Shown here piece after piece: positions 50,700-60,893 of a stretch of DNA of 64,000 bases. This stretch comes from Macrostomum lignano. Its lineage: Eukaryota. The stretch covers positions 124,001 through 188,000 of the forward strand of contig NIVC01001265.1 in NCBI GenBank assembly GCA_002269645.1, given 5' to 3'. A model generated the notes under the pieces. It searched no databases and was not told the DNA's origin. It worked only from the letters and a program-made list of their open reading frames with translations. Position 1 is the stretch's first letter, and each line of letters starts with the position of its first letter. Made by a program: the position numbers and the translations under genes.

Positions 50700-51850
50700 G
50701 AATGAGGACCTAAGGGAATGAAAGCCTAGTGAATGAGGACCTAGTGAATGAGGGCCTAGTGAATGAGGACCTACTGAATGAGGACCTACTGAATAAGGAC
50801 CAAGTGAATGAGTACCTGGGGAGTGACGACCTTAGGGAGTGAGGACCTAAGGGAATGAGGACCTAAGGGAATGAAAGCCTAGTGAATGAGGACCTAGTGA
50901 ATGAGGACCTGGGGAGTGACGACCTTAGGGAGTGAGGACCTAAGGGAATGAGGACCTAAGGGAATGAAAGCCTAGTGAATGAGGACCTAGTGAATGAGGA
51001 CCTAGTGAATGAGGACCTAGTGAATGAGGACCTAAGGGAATGAAAGCCTAGTGAATGAGGACCTAGTGAATGAGGACCTAGTGAATGAGGACCTAAGGGA
51101 ATGAAAGCCTAGTGAATGAGTACCAAGTGAATGAGTACCTGGGGAGTGAGGACCTAGGGAGTGAGTGCCTATGGAGTGAGTACCAAGTGAATGAGTACCT
51201 GGGGAGTGAGGACCTAGGGAGTGAGTGCCTAGGGAGTGAGTGCCTAGGGAGTGAGTGCCTAGGGAGTGAGTGCCTAGGGAGTGAGTGCCTATGGAGTGAG
51301 GACCTAGGGAGTAAGTGCCTAGGGAGTGAGGACCTAGGGAGTGAGGACCTAGGGAGTGAGGACCTATGGAGTGGGGACCTAGGGAGTGAGTGCCTATGGA
51401 GTGAGGACCTATGGAGTGGGGACCTAGGGAGTGAGTGCCTATGGAGTGAGGACCTATGGAGTGAGGACCTAGGGAGTGAGTGCCTATGGAGTGAGGACCT
51501 ATGGAGTGGGGACCTAGGGAGTGAGTGCCTATGGAGTGAGGACCTATGGAGTGAGGACCTAGGGAGTGAGTGCCTATGGAGTGAGGACCTATGGAGTGGG
51601 GACCTAGGGAGTGAGTGCCTATGGAGTGAGGACCTAGGGAGTGAGTGCCTAGGGAGTGAGGACCTAGGGAGTGAGGACCTAGGGAGTGAGGACCTAGGGA
51701 GTGAGTGCCTAGGGAGTGAGGACCTAGGGAGTGAGGACCTAGGGAGTGGGGACCTAGGGAGTGAGGACCTAGGGAGTGGGGACCTAGGGAGTGAGTACCT
51801 AGGGAGTGAGGACCTAGACATTGAGGACCTAGGGAAAGGGACCTAGGACC
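50700..51850. repeat. 15-bp minisatellite family (GAGGACCTAGGGAGT / GAGTGCCTATGGAGT / GAGGACCTAGTGAAT)
   Basis: Direct tandem copies with variant patterning. Confidence 0.92.
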
Positions 51851-52454
51851 TGGAGCTGGACAATGAAGACCTAGGGAATTTTATTTACCAATCTAGTCAC
51901 TAACTCACCTAATAAAGTATTACTTCTTTTGCAAGACAACAGCAACACTAACCCACTGGACTACGAGAAAATTATTAATTCGAGAAAAGCCGAAATTTTT
52001 GACAGACAAACAACAAAGAAGTTAATCAATTTGAATAAAAAATTGCTCGTCAATAGCAGACTTCGGCTTCGATCGCGGTAACTTCTTTTCTTTATCTGTA
52101 AATTGATGTTAACAAAATACTGCTCACGATTATTTAATTGCCGTACAATAAAGTTTATAACAATAATTAATTACACTCTCCCTCTTAATTTCACACCTGG
52201 GGTGTTACTTGGCTAAGAGCTATAGGGGAGACTTAGCCTGAATGTCCCAGAAGGTGACATTTGTGGTCGAATATTGTAACCGAGAGCTACACAAATGAGA
52301 ACTCTGCTCTCCTTTAGCCAATGCTGCCTTCACGAAAATGCAGTTTCCGCTTGTAGGAGCGCAATTTGTCTCTAATTAGTTGCCTGTTGCACCTGCTTCT
52401 TGGCTATTCTTCACACGTTACTTGTTTCCAACCTACCTTTTTAACCAAGTACCG

Positions 52455-52955
52455 ATCTGTTACCTGGCTCTAGTCCACCCGTTACCTGTATCTAGTCTAC
52501 CTGTTACCTGGCTCTAATTCACCTGTTACCTGGCTCTAATTCACCTGTTACCTGGCTCTAATTCACCTGTTACCTGGCTCTAATTCACCTGTTACCTGGC
52601 TCTAATTCACCTGTTACCTGGCTCTAATTCACCTGTTACCTGGCTCTAATTCACCTGTTACCTGGCTCTAATTCACCTGTTACCTGGCTCTAATTCACCT
52701 GTTACCTGGCTCTAATTCACCTGTTACCTGGCTCTAATTCACCTGTTACCTGGCTCTAATTCACCTGTTACCTGGCTCTAATTCACCTGTTACCTGGCTC
52801 TAATTCACCTGTTACCTGGCTCTAATTCACCTGTTACCTGGCTCATGTCTACCCGTTACCTGGCTCAAGTCCACCTGTTACCTGGCTCAAGTCCACCTGT
52901 TACCTGGCTCAAGTCCACCTGTTACCTGGCTCAAGCCCACCTGTTGCCTGGCTCA
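52455..52955. repeat. 22-bp minisatellite (CTGTTACCTGGCTCTAATTCAC)
   Basis: Direct tandem copies. Confidence 0.93.
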
Positions 52956-53083
52956 AGTCCACTCGTTTTTTTCCTAGAAAGCACCGAAAAACCGGGCCTC
53001 CTACCCAGCCGCTACTCACATTTCGAATCTCAAAATTTTTTCCCGCCAGCAATTTATTCTTCACAGAAGAGGCCAATTTCTGC

Positions 53084-54079
53084 TCAAGTCTTCCGCGTGC
53101 TGGATGCGGCCACCCGGTTGGACCCGACGACGGCGACAGCGAGTTCGGCCTCGGACAGGTGAGCCGGGTTGTTCAGGCGCAGCAGAGCGCAAATCTCCCT
53201 GCGGAATAGGCTGGACCGGCCCAGGTAGATGAACAGGTTCACCATGGAGTTGAACATCTGCGGCAGGCGCATGAAGTTGCCGTATCGAGAGCGAACTTCT
53301 CTGGGCAGTTCGGCCAGGTAGAAATAGCCGATACGCGAGGCCACCTGGGTGATCACTAGCAGGCCGGCGATGATGATGATGGTCACTGCGCTCTCTTGCA
53401 GCTCGCGCGAGCTCGAGCCGGCCTGACTGTTGAGCTTCAACAGGTGGACCACTCGGTAGAGACAGACCAGGCTCAGGATGAGCGCCAGGCTGCAGTACAC
53501 AATGGTGGAGGCCAGCAGCCACAGGTTGTAGGTGTTGCCGTAGACTCCGGAGTTCGTGCACATCGGCGTCAGATCGTCTGGATTGTCGATTGACAGCGCC
53601 AGGGCGACTGCATCGGCGGCGGTGTACAGCCAGGCGGACAGGACGACCAGGACCGTGCAGCGCCTGGACTGCCGGGTGTAGCGCTGCGGCCAGATGAGGG
53701 CGGCGCTCCTGTCGCAGCAGAGCACCAGGGTGAAGACGGTCGAACCTACCAGGCCGAAAGTCATCGGCACAACGTCGGTGAGGCACTGCCGCTGCGTCCG
53801 TAGGTTGCCCTCGCCGCCGTAGTAGTCGTACAGCCGGCGGGCGGTGACGTACATGTAAGCTCCTCCGATCCAGGCGTCCGCAATCGCCAGGTTGGCCATC
53901 AGCATGTAGTAGGTTCGGCGGCGCAGCGAGCGCGATGCGAAACAGTTCAGCACCACCAGTAGGTTGCAGATGGCGCAGCCTGCGGCGGTGAAAAACTGGG
54001 AATAGCTGGCCGGCAGGTTCCAGTCGTACAGTTGAATACTTTCAAGCCGGAGCTCGTCAAGAAGATCCGTGATGTTCAT
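53084..54079 (-). CDS. Orphan class A (rhodopsin-like) GPCR, single coding exon, about 331 aa
   Basis: Seven hydrophobic segments; TM1 CNLLV, TM2 LMANLAIAD, TM3 end CCDRS, TM7 FNSMVNLFIY, helix 8 FRREICALL. First ATG at 54079; the listed ORF start at 54160 is TTG. Confidence 0.88.
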   Translation of the reverse strand: MNITDLLDELRLESIQLYDWNLPASYSQFFTAAGCAICNLLVVLNCFASRSLRRRTYYMLMANLAIADAWIGGAYMYVTARRLYDYYGGEGNLRTQRQCLTDVVPMTFGLVGSTVFTLVLCCDRSAALIWPQRYTRQSRRCTVLVVLSAWLYTAADAVALALSIDNPDDLTPMCTNSGVYGNTYNLWLLASTIVYCSLALILSLVCLYRVVHLLKLNSQAGSSSRELQESAVTIIIIAGLLVITQVASRIGYFYLAELPREVRSRYGNFMRLPQMFNSMVNLFIYLGRSSLFRREICALLRLNNPAHLSEAELAVAVVGSNRVAASSTRKT

Positions 54080-54564
54080 CTTTTCCTGTTGCTTACTGGT
54101 TAACCTTGATTGACCGCTAGATGTGCTCCGGCTGTTCCGGGTGTTGCGCGAAGAATCCAAGACAATGTCTAGCTTAAATATATGACCACCTGCCCAATGG
54201 CGGCGTAGCAGGAAAGAGAGGAAATGTTGATGAAGGAAATGTGAAATTTGCTTTTCCGTGCTGTGCCGCTGTGCGTCAGCTCTTTACTTCATCCAAGCGT
54301 TTGTAACCCAACAGGGCTGGCTCATCCGTTCGAGCAGGTGGTGACGCGTTATTATCAGTTGATTAAAGGAGCACAGGAAGGAAGGCAGAGGAAGCCAAAC
54401 ACAGAAATCAAGGCAATTACCGGCTGCGGATTGAGGCCTGTATTGCACCGCTTTTGGTAAACTGGTGAGCATCGCATTGAAGCTTCTCAAAGAATGCCGA
54501 GTTTGCAGCTGAGGCTCAGTTCTGTTCAATTTAATAATTTTTAAATAACATCTACCGGGTAAAA

Positions 54565-55295
54565 CCTGTGCAATCTGTGTGAGCCAATGTAATCTGTGTG
54601 AGCCAATGCAACAATCTGTGTGAGCCAATGCAATCTGTGTGAGCCAATGCAATCTGTGTGAGCCAATTCAATCTGTGTGAGCCAATGCAATCTGTGTGAG
54701 CCAATGCAATCTGTGTGAGCCAATGCAATCTGTGTGAGCCAATTCAATCTGTGTGAGCCAATTCAATCTGTGTGAGCCAATTCAATCTGTGTGAGCCAAT
54801 TCAATCTGTGTGAGCCAATTCAATCTGTGTGAGCCAATTCAATCTGTGTGAGCCAATTCAATCTGTGTGAGCCAATTCAATCTGTGTGAGCCAATGCAAT
54901 CTGTGTGAGCCAATGCAATCTGTGTGAGCCAATGCAATCTGTGTGAGCCAATGCAATCTGTGTGAGCCAATGAGGTCTGTGTGAGCCAATGCAATCTGTG
55001 TGAGCCAATGCAATTTGTGTGAGCCAATGCAATCTGTGTGAGCCAGTGCAATTTGTGTGAGCCAGTGCAATTTGTGTGAGCCAATGCAATCTGTGTGAGT
55101 CAGTGCAATCTGTGTGAGCCAGTGCAATCTGTGTGACTATCTATCTCAACGCAATCTATCTAATCTAAGCCAATGCAATCTATCTAATCTAAGCCAATGC
55201 AATCTATCTAATCTAAGCCAATGCAATCTATCTAATCTAAGCCAATGCAATCTATCTAATCTAAGCCAATGCAATCTATCTAATCTAAGCCAATG
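54565..55295. repeat. 19-bp (GCAATCTGTGTGAGCCAAT) array followed by a related 24-bp (GCAATCTATCTAATCTAAGCCAAT) array
   Basis: Adjacent arrays share the GCCAATGCAATCT core. Confidence 0.92.
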
Positions 55296-56205
55296 CCGTA
55301 GTGTCTGTCTATCTGTTACTCGCAACTCCTCAGTCCCACCAGGCACATGTCTTTGTCTAGCCGTTAGTCATCACTGTACGGCCAATGCATGCCCATGTCC
55401 TATGCACAAGTCTGTCTGTCTGCACCCCCCCCCCCAACAAGCATAGGCCTGCCGGTTTGTATTTCCCTAAGCTGGGAAGCAGAGAAATAAATAAATAACC
55501 CGGGGCCTGGCGCCTCAGCAAGAAGCTACGAACCAAGATCGAGCTGGCCTTCGAGGCTCACACACACGCGTGAATAATCTTATTCTTATTCATTTGGAGC
55601 TAAACTCCACAAATGCAATCTAATCTAACCCAATGCACTCTATATAAGCCAATGCAATTTATCCAAGCCAATGCCATCTATCTAAGCCAATGCAACCTAT
55701 CTAGTCTAAGCCAATGTAGTCTACAAGTACATGTATGTAAGCCAATGTAATCTATCTAATCTAATCCAATTCAATCTATCTAAGCCTGAAAACGAGCATA
55801 TGGTACGTGTATACCTCTAAAAATTTGGGCTCTGTAGAAATTCACGCCACACTAAATTGGGGCAATTCAGCGAAGATTCAGTGCTAATCAGAAACAGGGA
55901 AATACCGTATATAGGCTATACAAGCCTTAAAATTCTAAGAGGGCAGAAGCATACACGTATGTTCAATACAGGAGAACAATATTTGGCTCGATCCGCTCGG
56001 ATATTCTATAGCTATGTATTTTTTACGAGGACACTGTATATATACACTAGTGTTATATACAGTTGTCCTTGTCATGATTTTTTGTTTTTATAGAGCGCTT
56101 TCATCTGACTACGGAGAGCATGGCAATCTTGCATGCATACATTTACATGCACGCGTGTCTTTTTCATTCGACGACTGAGGTGTCCATTGACTCCATTGTC
56201 AGGAG

Positions 56206-56393
56206 CAGTGGCGTAGGGAGGGGGGATCAGGGGGGATGTATCCCCCCCCGAAGAGCCTGACCAAAACTTTTTTGTTGCACTTTTTCGCTATACATGCTAC
56301 CATGTGAGCACTTTTACCTTGGTGTATCCCCCCCCGTAGGAAATTCACCTTGGTGTATCCCCCCCCCGTAGGAAATTCCTGGCTACGCCCCTG
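56206..56393. mobile_element. 188-bp hAT-type MITE
   Basis: TIRs CAGTGGCGTAG / CTACGCCCCTG; perfect 8-bp TSD GTCAGGAG (56198-56205, 56394-56401). Confidence 0.85.
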
Positions 56394-57536
56394 GTCAGGA
56401 GGTAATTCAAAGATTAATTCTTTGGGTCCGTAAATACGAGCGTAGTTAGAATTATCGGGACAAGATAAAATATATGGCTGGAGACTGATTTAGGATAGAG
56501 AACAGTGAAAAACATTTGGTTCTGAAATGCATGCATGTTAGCGAGTAAAAAGCATAAAGTAAACGTTATACTTACATATACAGCGCGTTAGTGCCATTGT
56601 GTACAAATTTAAACTGTGGGTGATTACAAGAAACCGGCAAATCCAAGTTCTGTCTAAAATCTTCCTTATATACAAAACTTATGAACTCAAAATCGCTTCA
56701 GAGTAGACGCAATAAAATATACTATACTACTTTGCAATTGTGTCTATTCTTGATCCTCATGTGCGCGAATGGCTGCTTAGCAAATATTTATTATATTGCT
56801 AAACCAGCTAATTCAGTTTGCATGCAACATAAATGTAGTTAAATCCTGTGCTCAATAATAGCACAAATTGTTCTTGAAACTATTAATAAGATAATCTAAT
56901 GTTAATAATAGATAATGCTATGTTTATGCTGATTTTAGTTTTATACTTTTGTTTTAGTATATTATTAATTTATTACACAGTCATAGTATACTTAGTATTT
57001 TTAGTCATATAGAAAATTTCCTACCATTTATTTTATTTAATAGAGAATGAATGAGTTTTTAAAATTGATGACTATCTCTACGATAAGATAAATATTTTAG
57101 GCTTCAATTTGTATTAACTATATAGCAAATGCATAATTGTCTTAAACAAAAGAAAAACATATTATTAAGATTATAATATGATACAATTTTATTCAATATG
57201 ATTTTTTAGCAGCTTAAGTTGTTTAAGTAGTAAAACAAACTATTCTGGCAATAAACTGTATAATACATAGTCACTAGTATAAATAATAGTTATCATTTAT
57301 AGAGTATACAATTAAAATCATTTTATAAATAAAATATTTTATCTTGTTAAATAAAACTTATGATTTAGTTTTCTTATTATTAAACATTATTAGTAAAAAC
57401 ATTAATTTTATCTATCTTTAATCCTAAGACTAGTATAATCAATAAGTAAAGGTCAAGTTGATTATAAAAATTTTATTCACTATTTGATGCAAAATTTATA
57501 TTATTTTTTAATTTAAATGACTATTTTATTTTGCAG

Positions 57537-59316
57537 GCTACCAAGTTGTCTGAGGAGCAACGCCCAGTGCTGCTTGCACCAGTGTTGTCCCGTGGATGGG
57601 CGATTGTTGAGAATCGTGATGCTATATTTAAAAATTACAAATTTGAAAACTTTCAACAGGTGAACTAGCTTAAATGATTTTATTTTGAAAGCAAGTTAAT
57701 TGAGGTGATATGTCAGATTCATAGTCGAAATTGTAGCAAGTTTTGTCGTCTATATTGAAGCATTGGCTGCCGATTGTACAGTTTTGATTGGAGTGAGGTG
57801 GCTGCCGATTGTACAGTCTAGATTGGAGTGAGGTGGCTGCCGATTGTAAAGTCTAGATTGGAGTGAGGTGGCTGCCGATTGTACAGTCTAGATTGGAGTG
57901 AGGTGGCTGCCGATTGTACAGTCTAGATTGGAGTGAGGTGGCTGCCGATTGTACAGTCTAGATTGGAGTGAGGTGGCTGCCGATTGTAAAGTCTAGATTG
58001 GAGTGAGGTGGCTGCTGATTGTACAGTCTAGATTAGAGTGAGGTGGCTGCCAATTGTACAGTCTAGATTGGAGTGAGGTGGCTGCCGATTGTACAGTCTA
58101 GATTGGAGTGAGGTGGCTGCCGATTGTATAGTCTAGATTGGAGTGAAATGGATTCCGATTGTACAGTCTAGATTGGAGTGAAATGGATTCCGATTGTACA
58201 GTCTAGATTGGAGTGAGGTGGCTGCTGATTGTACAGTCTAGATTGGAGTGAAATGGATTCCGATTGTACAGTCTAGATTGGAGTGAGGTGGCTGCTGATT
58301 GTACAGTCTAGATTGGAGTGAGGTGGCTGCTGATTGTACAGTCTAGATTGGAGTGAGGTGGCTGCCGATTGTACAGTCTAGATTAGAGTGAGATGGCTTC
58401 CGATTGTACAGTCTAGATTGGAGTGAGGTGGCTGCCGATTGTACAGTCTAGATTGGAGTGAGGTGGCTGCCGATTGTACAGTCTAGATTAGAGTGAGATG
58501 GCTTCCGATTGTACAGTCTAGATTGGAGTGAGGTGGCTGCCGATTGTATAGTCTAGATTGGAGTGAAATGGATTCCGATTGTACAGTCTAGATTGGAGTG
58601 AAATGGATTCCGATTGTACAGTCTAGATTGGAGTGAAATGGATTCCGATTGTACAGTCTAGATTGGAGTGAAATGGATTCCGATTGTACAGTCTAGATTG
58701 GAGTGAGGTGGCTGCTGATTGTACAGTCTAGATTGGAGTGAGGTGGCTGCTGATTGTACAGTCTAGATTGGAGTGAGGTGGCTGCCGATTGTACAGTCTA
58801 GATTAGAGTGAGATGGCTTCCGATTGTACAGTCTAGATTGGAGTGAGGTGGCTGCCGATTGTACAGTCTAGATTGGAGTGAGGTGGCTGCCGATTGTACA
58901 GTCTAGATTAGAGTGAGATGGCTTCCGATTGTACAGTCTAGATTGGAGTGAGGTGGCTGCCGATTGTATAGTCTAGATTGGAGTGAAATGGATTTCGATT
59001 GTACAGTCTAGATTGGAGTGAAATGGATTCCGATTGTACAGTCTAGATTGGAGTGAGGTGGCTGCCGATTGTACAGTCTAGATTAGAGTGAGATGGCTTC
59101 CGATTGTACAGTCTAGATTTCCAACTGTGCTTTCAGGCCTTCGCCTTCATGTCATATGTGGCGCTGAACGCCGAGAAGATGGGCCATCATCCGGAGTGGT
59201 TCAACGTGTACAACCGGGTTGACATCACCCTGACTACGCACGATTGCTCGGGCTTGTCCGACCGCGACCTCCAGCTGGCCGGCATAGCGGACGAGGCTGC
59301 TGGACACTTTGTGTAG
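57537..59316 (+). CDS. PCBD1: Pterin-4-alpha-carbinolamine dehydratase (PCD/DCoH)
   Basis: Exons 57537-57659 ([31 protein letters not shown]) and 59137-59316 ([48 protein letters not shown]). Signature [10 protein letters not shown]. No in-frame ATG upstream of exon 57537. Confidence 0.93.
57765..59118. repeat. 35-bp minisatellite (GATTGTACAGTCTAGATTGGAGTGAGGTGGCTGCC) filling the PCBD intron
   Basis: 35-bp period with several recurring variants. Confidence 0.95.
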
Positions 59317-60560
59317 ATTGACTGAAAGACGGGCGGAGTGAGGAAAGAATCTTTTGGGGAATACTTAAGAGGGAGGATCTGAGAAACGAAGGAGTGAGTG
59401 AGAGTGAGTGGTAGAGGTAGAGGTGAGAGGTGGAGTAAGAGAGTGAGAGGTAGAATGAGAGACAGAGAGTAAGAGGTAGAGTGAGAGAGTACTACAGTAG
59501 TAGTATTACTACTTACTAGTGGTTACAGTATTCGGATCGAGATTAGATTTAGAAGCTCGGCGCCCAGTCAGCTGCTCCATCAATACTGAACATTCTACAG
59601 ACTAAATGCAATGCAATATGACGCATTCGGGTCGATATTAATTTTTTGTAGCGCTATAGCTGCTGCTTTTCCTAGAACTACCCTCTATGGTGTTATTAGC
59701 AATAGTAGTTATTGATTTGAATCCTCTATTTATTGCAGTATGACTAGTAAAAGCCATTAAGTCATCTTCAGTTAGTATTGCATAATCATGGTGATTGATT
59801 TGTATTAATAGCTCCGTTTTGAGGGCTGATCATTTTTATCAGAGGTGCCCCAATATAATTACTAATATAATTACTAAGTAGAAATATTATTACTGCTGAG
59901 TCTCCCTGACAACTTTATTGTCAGCTTTGCTCTCCTCTTAATCTATATGCTCTTTATTAATATTTACAATATAAATTAAATAGAAACATTTAAAAAGCCT
60001 GTTTCTACTTAGGTTAAACATGTGTTGCTTAATTGATTTGATTTTACCTGGCTGTTAGCCGGATTAAATTAATCTTTATCTTTATCAATATAGCGCAGCC
60101 CTTAGGCTAGGGTGGGTGTGTCTTTCTTACCAAGTTTGTGGCCCTCCCGCACAGAAGCACTGATTACAGATTGTGCTTTCTGGACAAACGCTTTCGTTTA
60201 AGAATGTTTATAAATTATCGATAGAAACATGTTGTGCATCAATGTGCGCAGTTAATGTCATTCTGTCACTGGTAGCGAATATGTTTGTGTGTGTGCCACT
60301 GGAATACACTGAATTTATGCGGCCTAATCTTACATTAATCTTGTAGGTGTAAGCTAGCAAAATTTCCACCTAAATTTAATCTGTATGCTTTTAGTCTAGT
60401 GACTTGGTGTCTCTACTAGAATATACTACTCGATTGTTGTCAGCCTTGAGTAGTATAGAGTGGCATTTTTTCTTAAATTATATTCCCTTAAATCCATTAC
60501 ATTTTTTTAAATCAAGGGATGTGAAATCTTCACACTAGTTTCCAGTTTGCCTTTTTGGGC

Positions 60561-60820
60561 TCTGATTGGCTGTTAAATATGCACTAGTATCCATTCTGCC
60601 CTTCGTGAGCTCTGATTGGCTGTTAAATGTACACTAGTATCCATTCTGCCCTTCGTGAGCTCTGATTGGCTGTTAAATGTGCACTAGTATTCATTCTGCC
60701 CTTCGTGAGCTCTGATTGGCTGTTAAATGTACACTAGTATCCATTCTGCCCTTTTTGAGCTCTGATTGGCTGTTAAATGTACACTAGTATCCATTCTGTC
60801 CCTTCGTGTGCTCTGATTGG
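60561..60820 (+). promoter_or_regulatory. 50-bp tandem repeat carrying six Y-box / inverted CCAAT (CTGATTGG) motifs upstream of the hexosaminidase
   Basis: Unit TCTGATTGGCTGTTAAATGTACACTAGTATCCATTCTGCCCTTCGTGAGC with 50-bp period; ends about 75 bp before the ATG at 60894. Confidence 0.5.
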
Positions 60821-60893
60821 CCTCTCAATCTAATTGGCCAACCTATTCTGATGCACTTTCCTATCAAACTATCTTTCACAACATGTTACAGAA

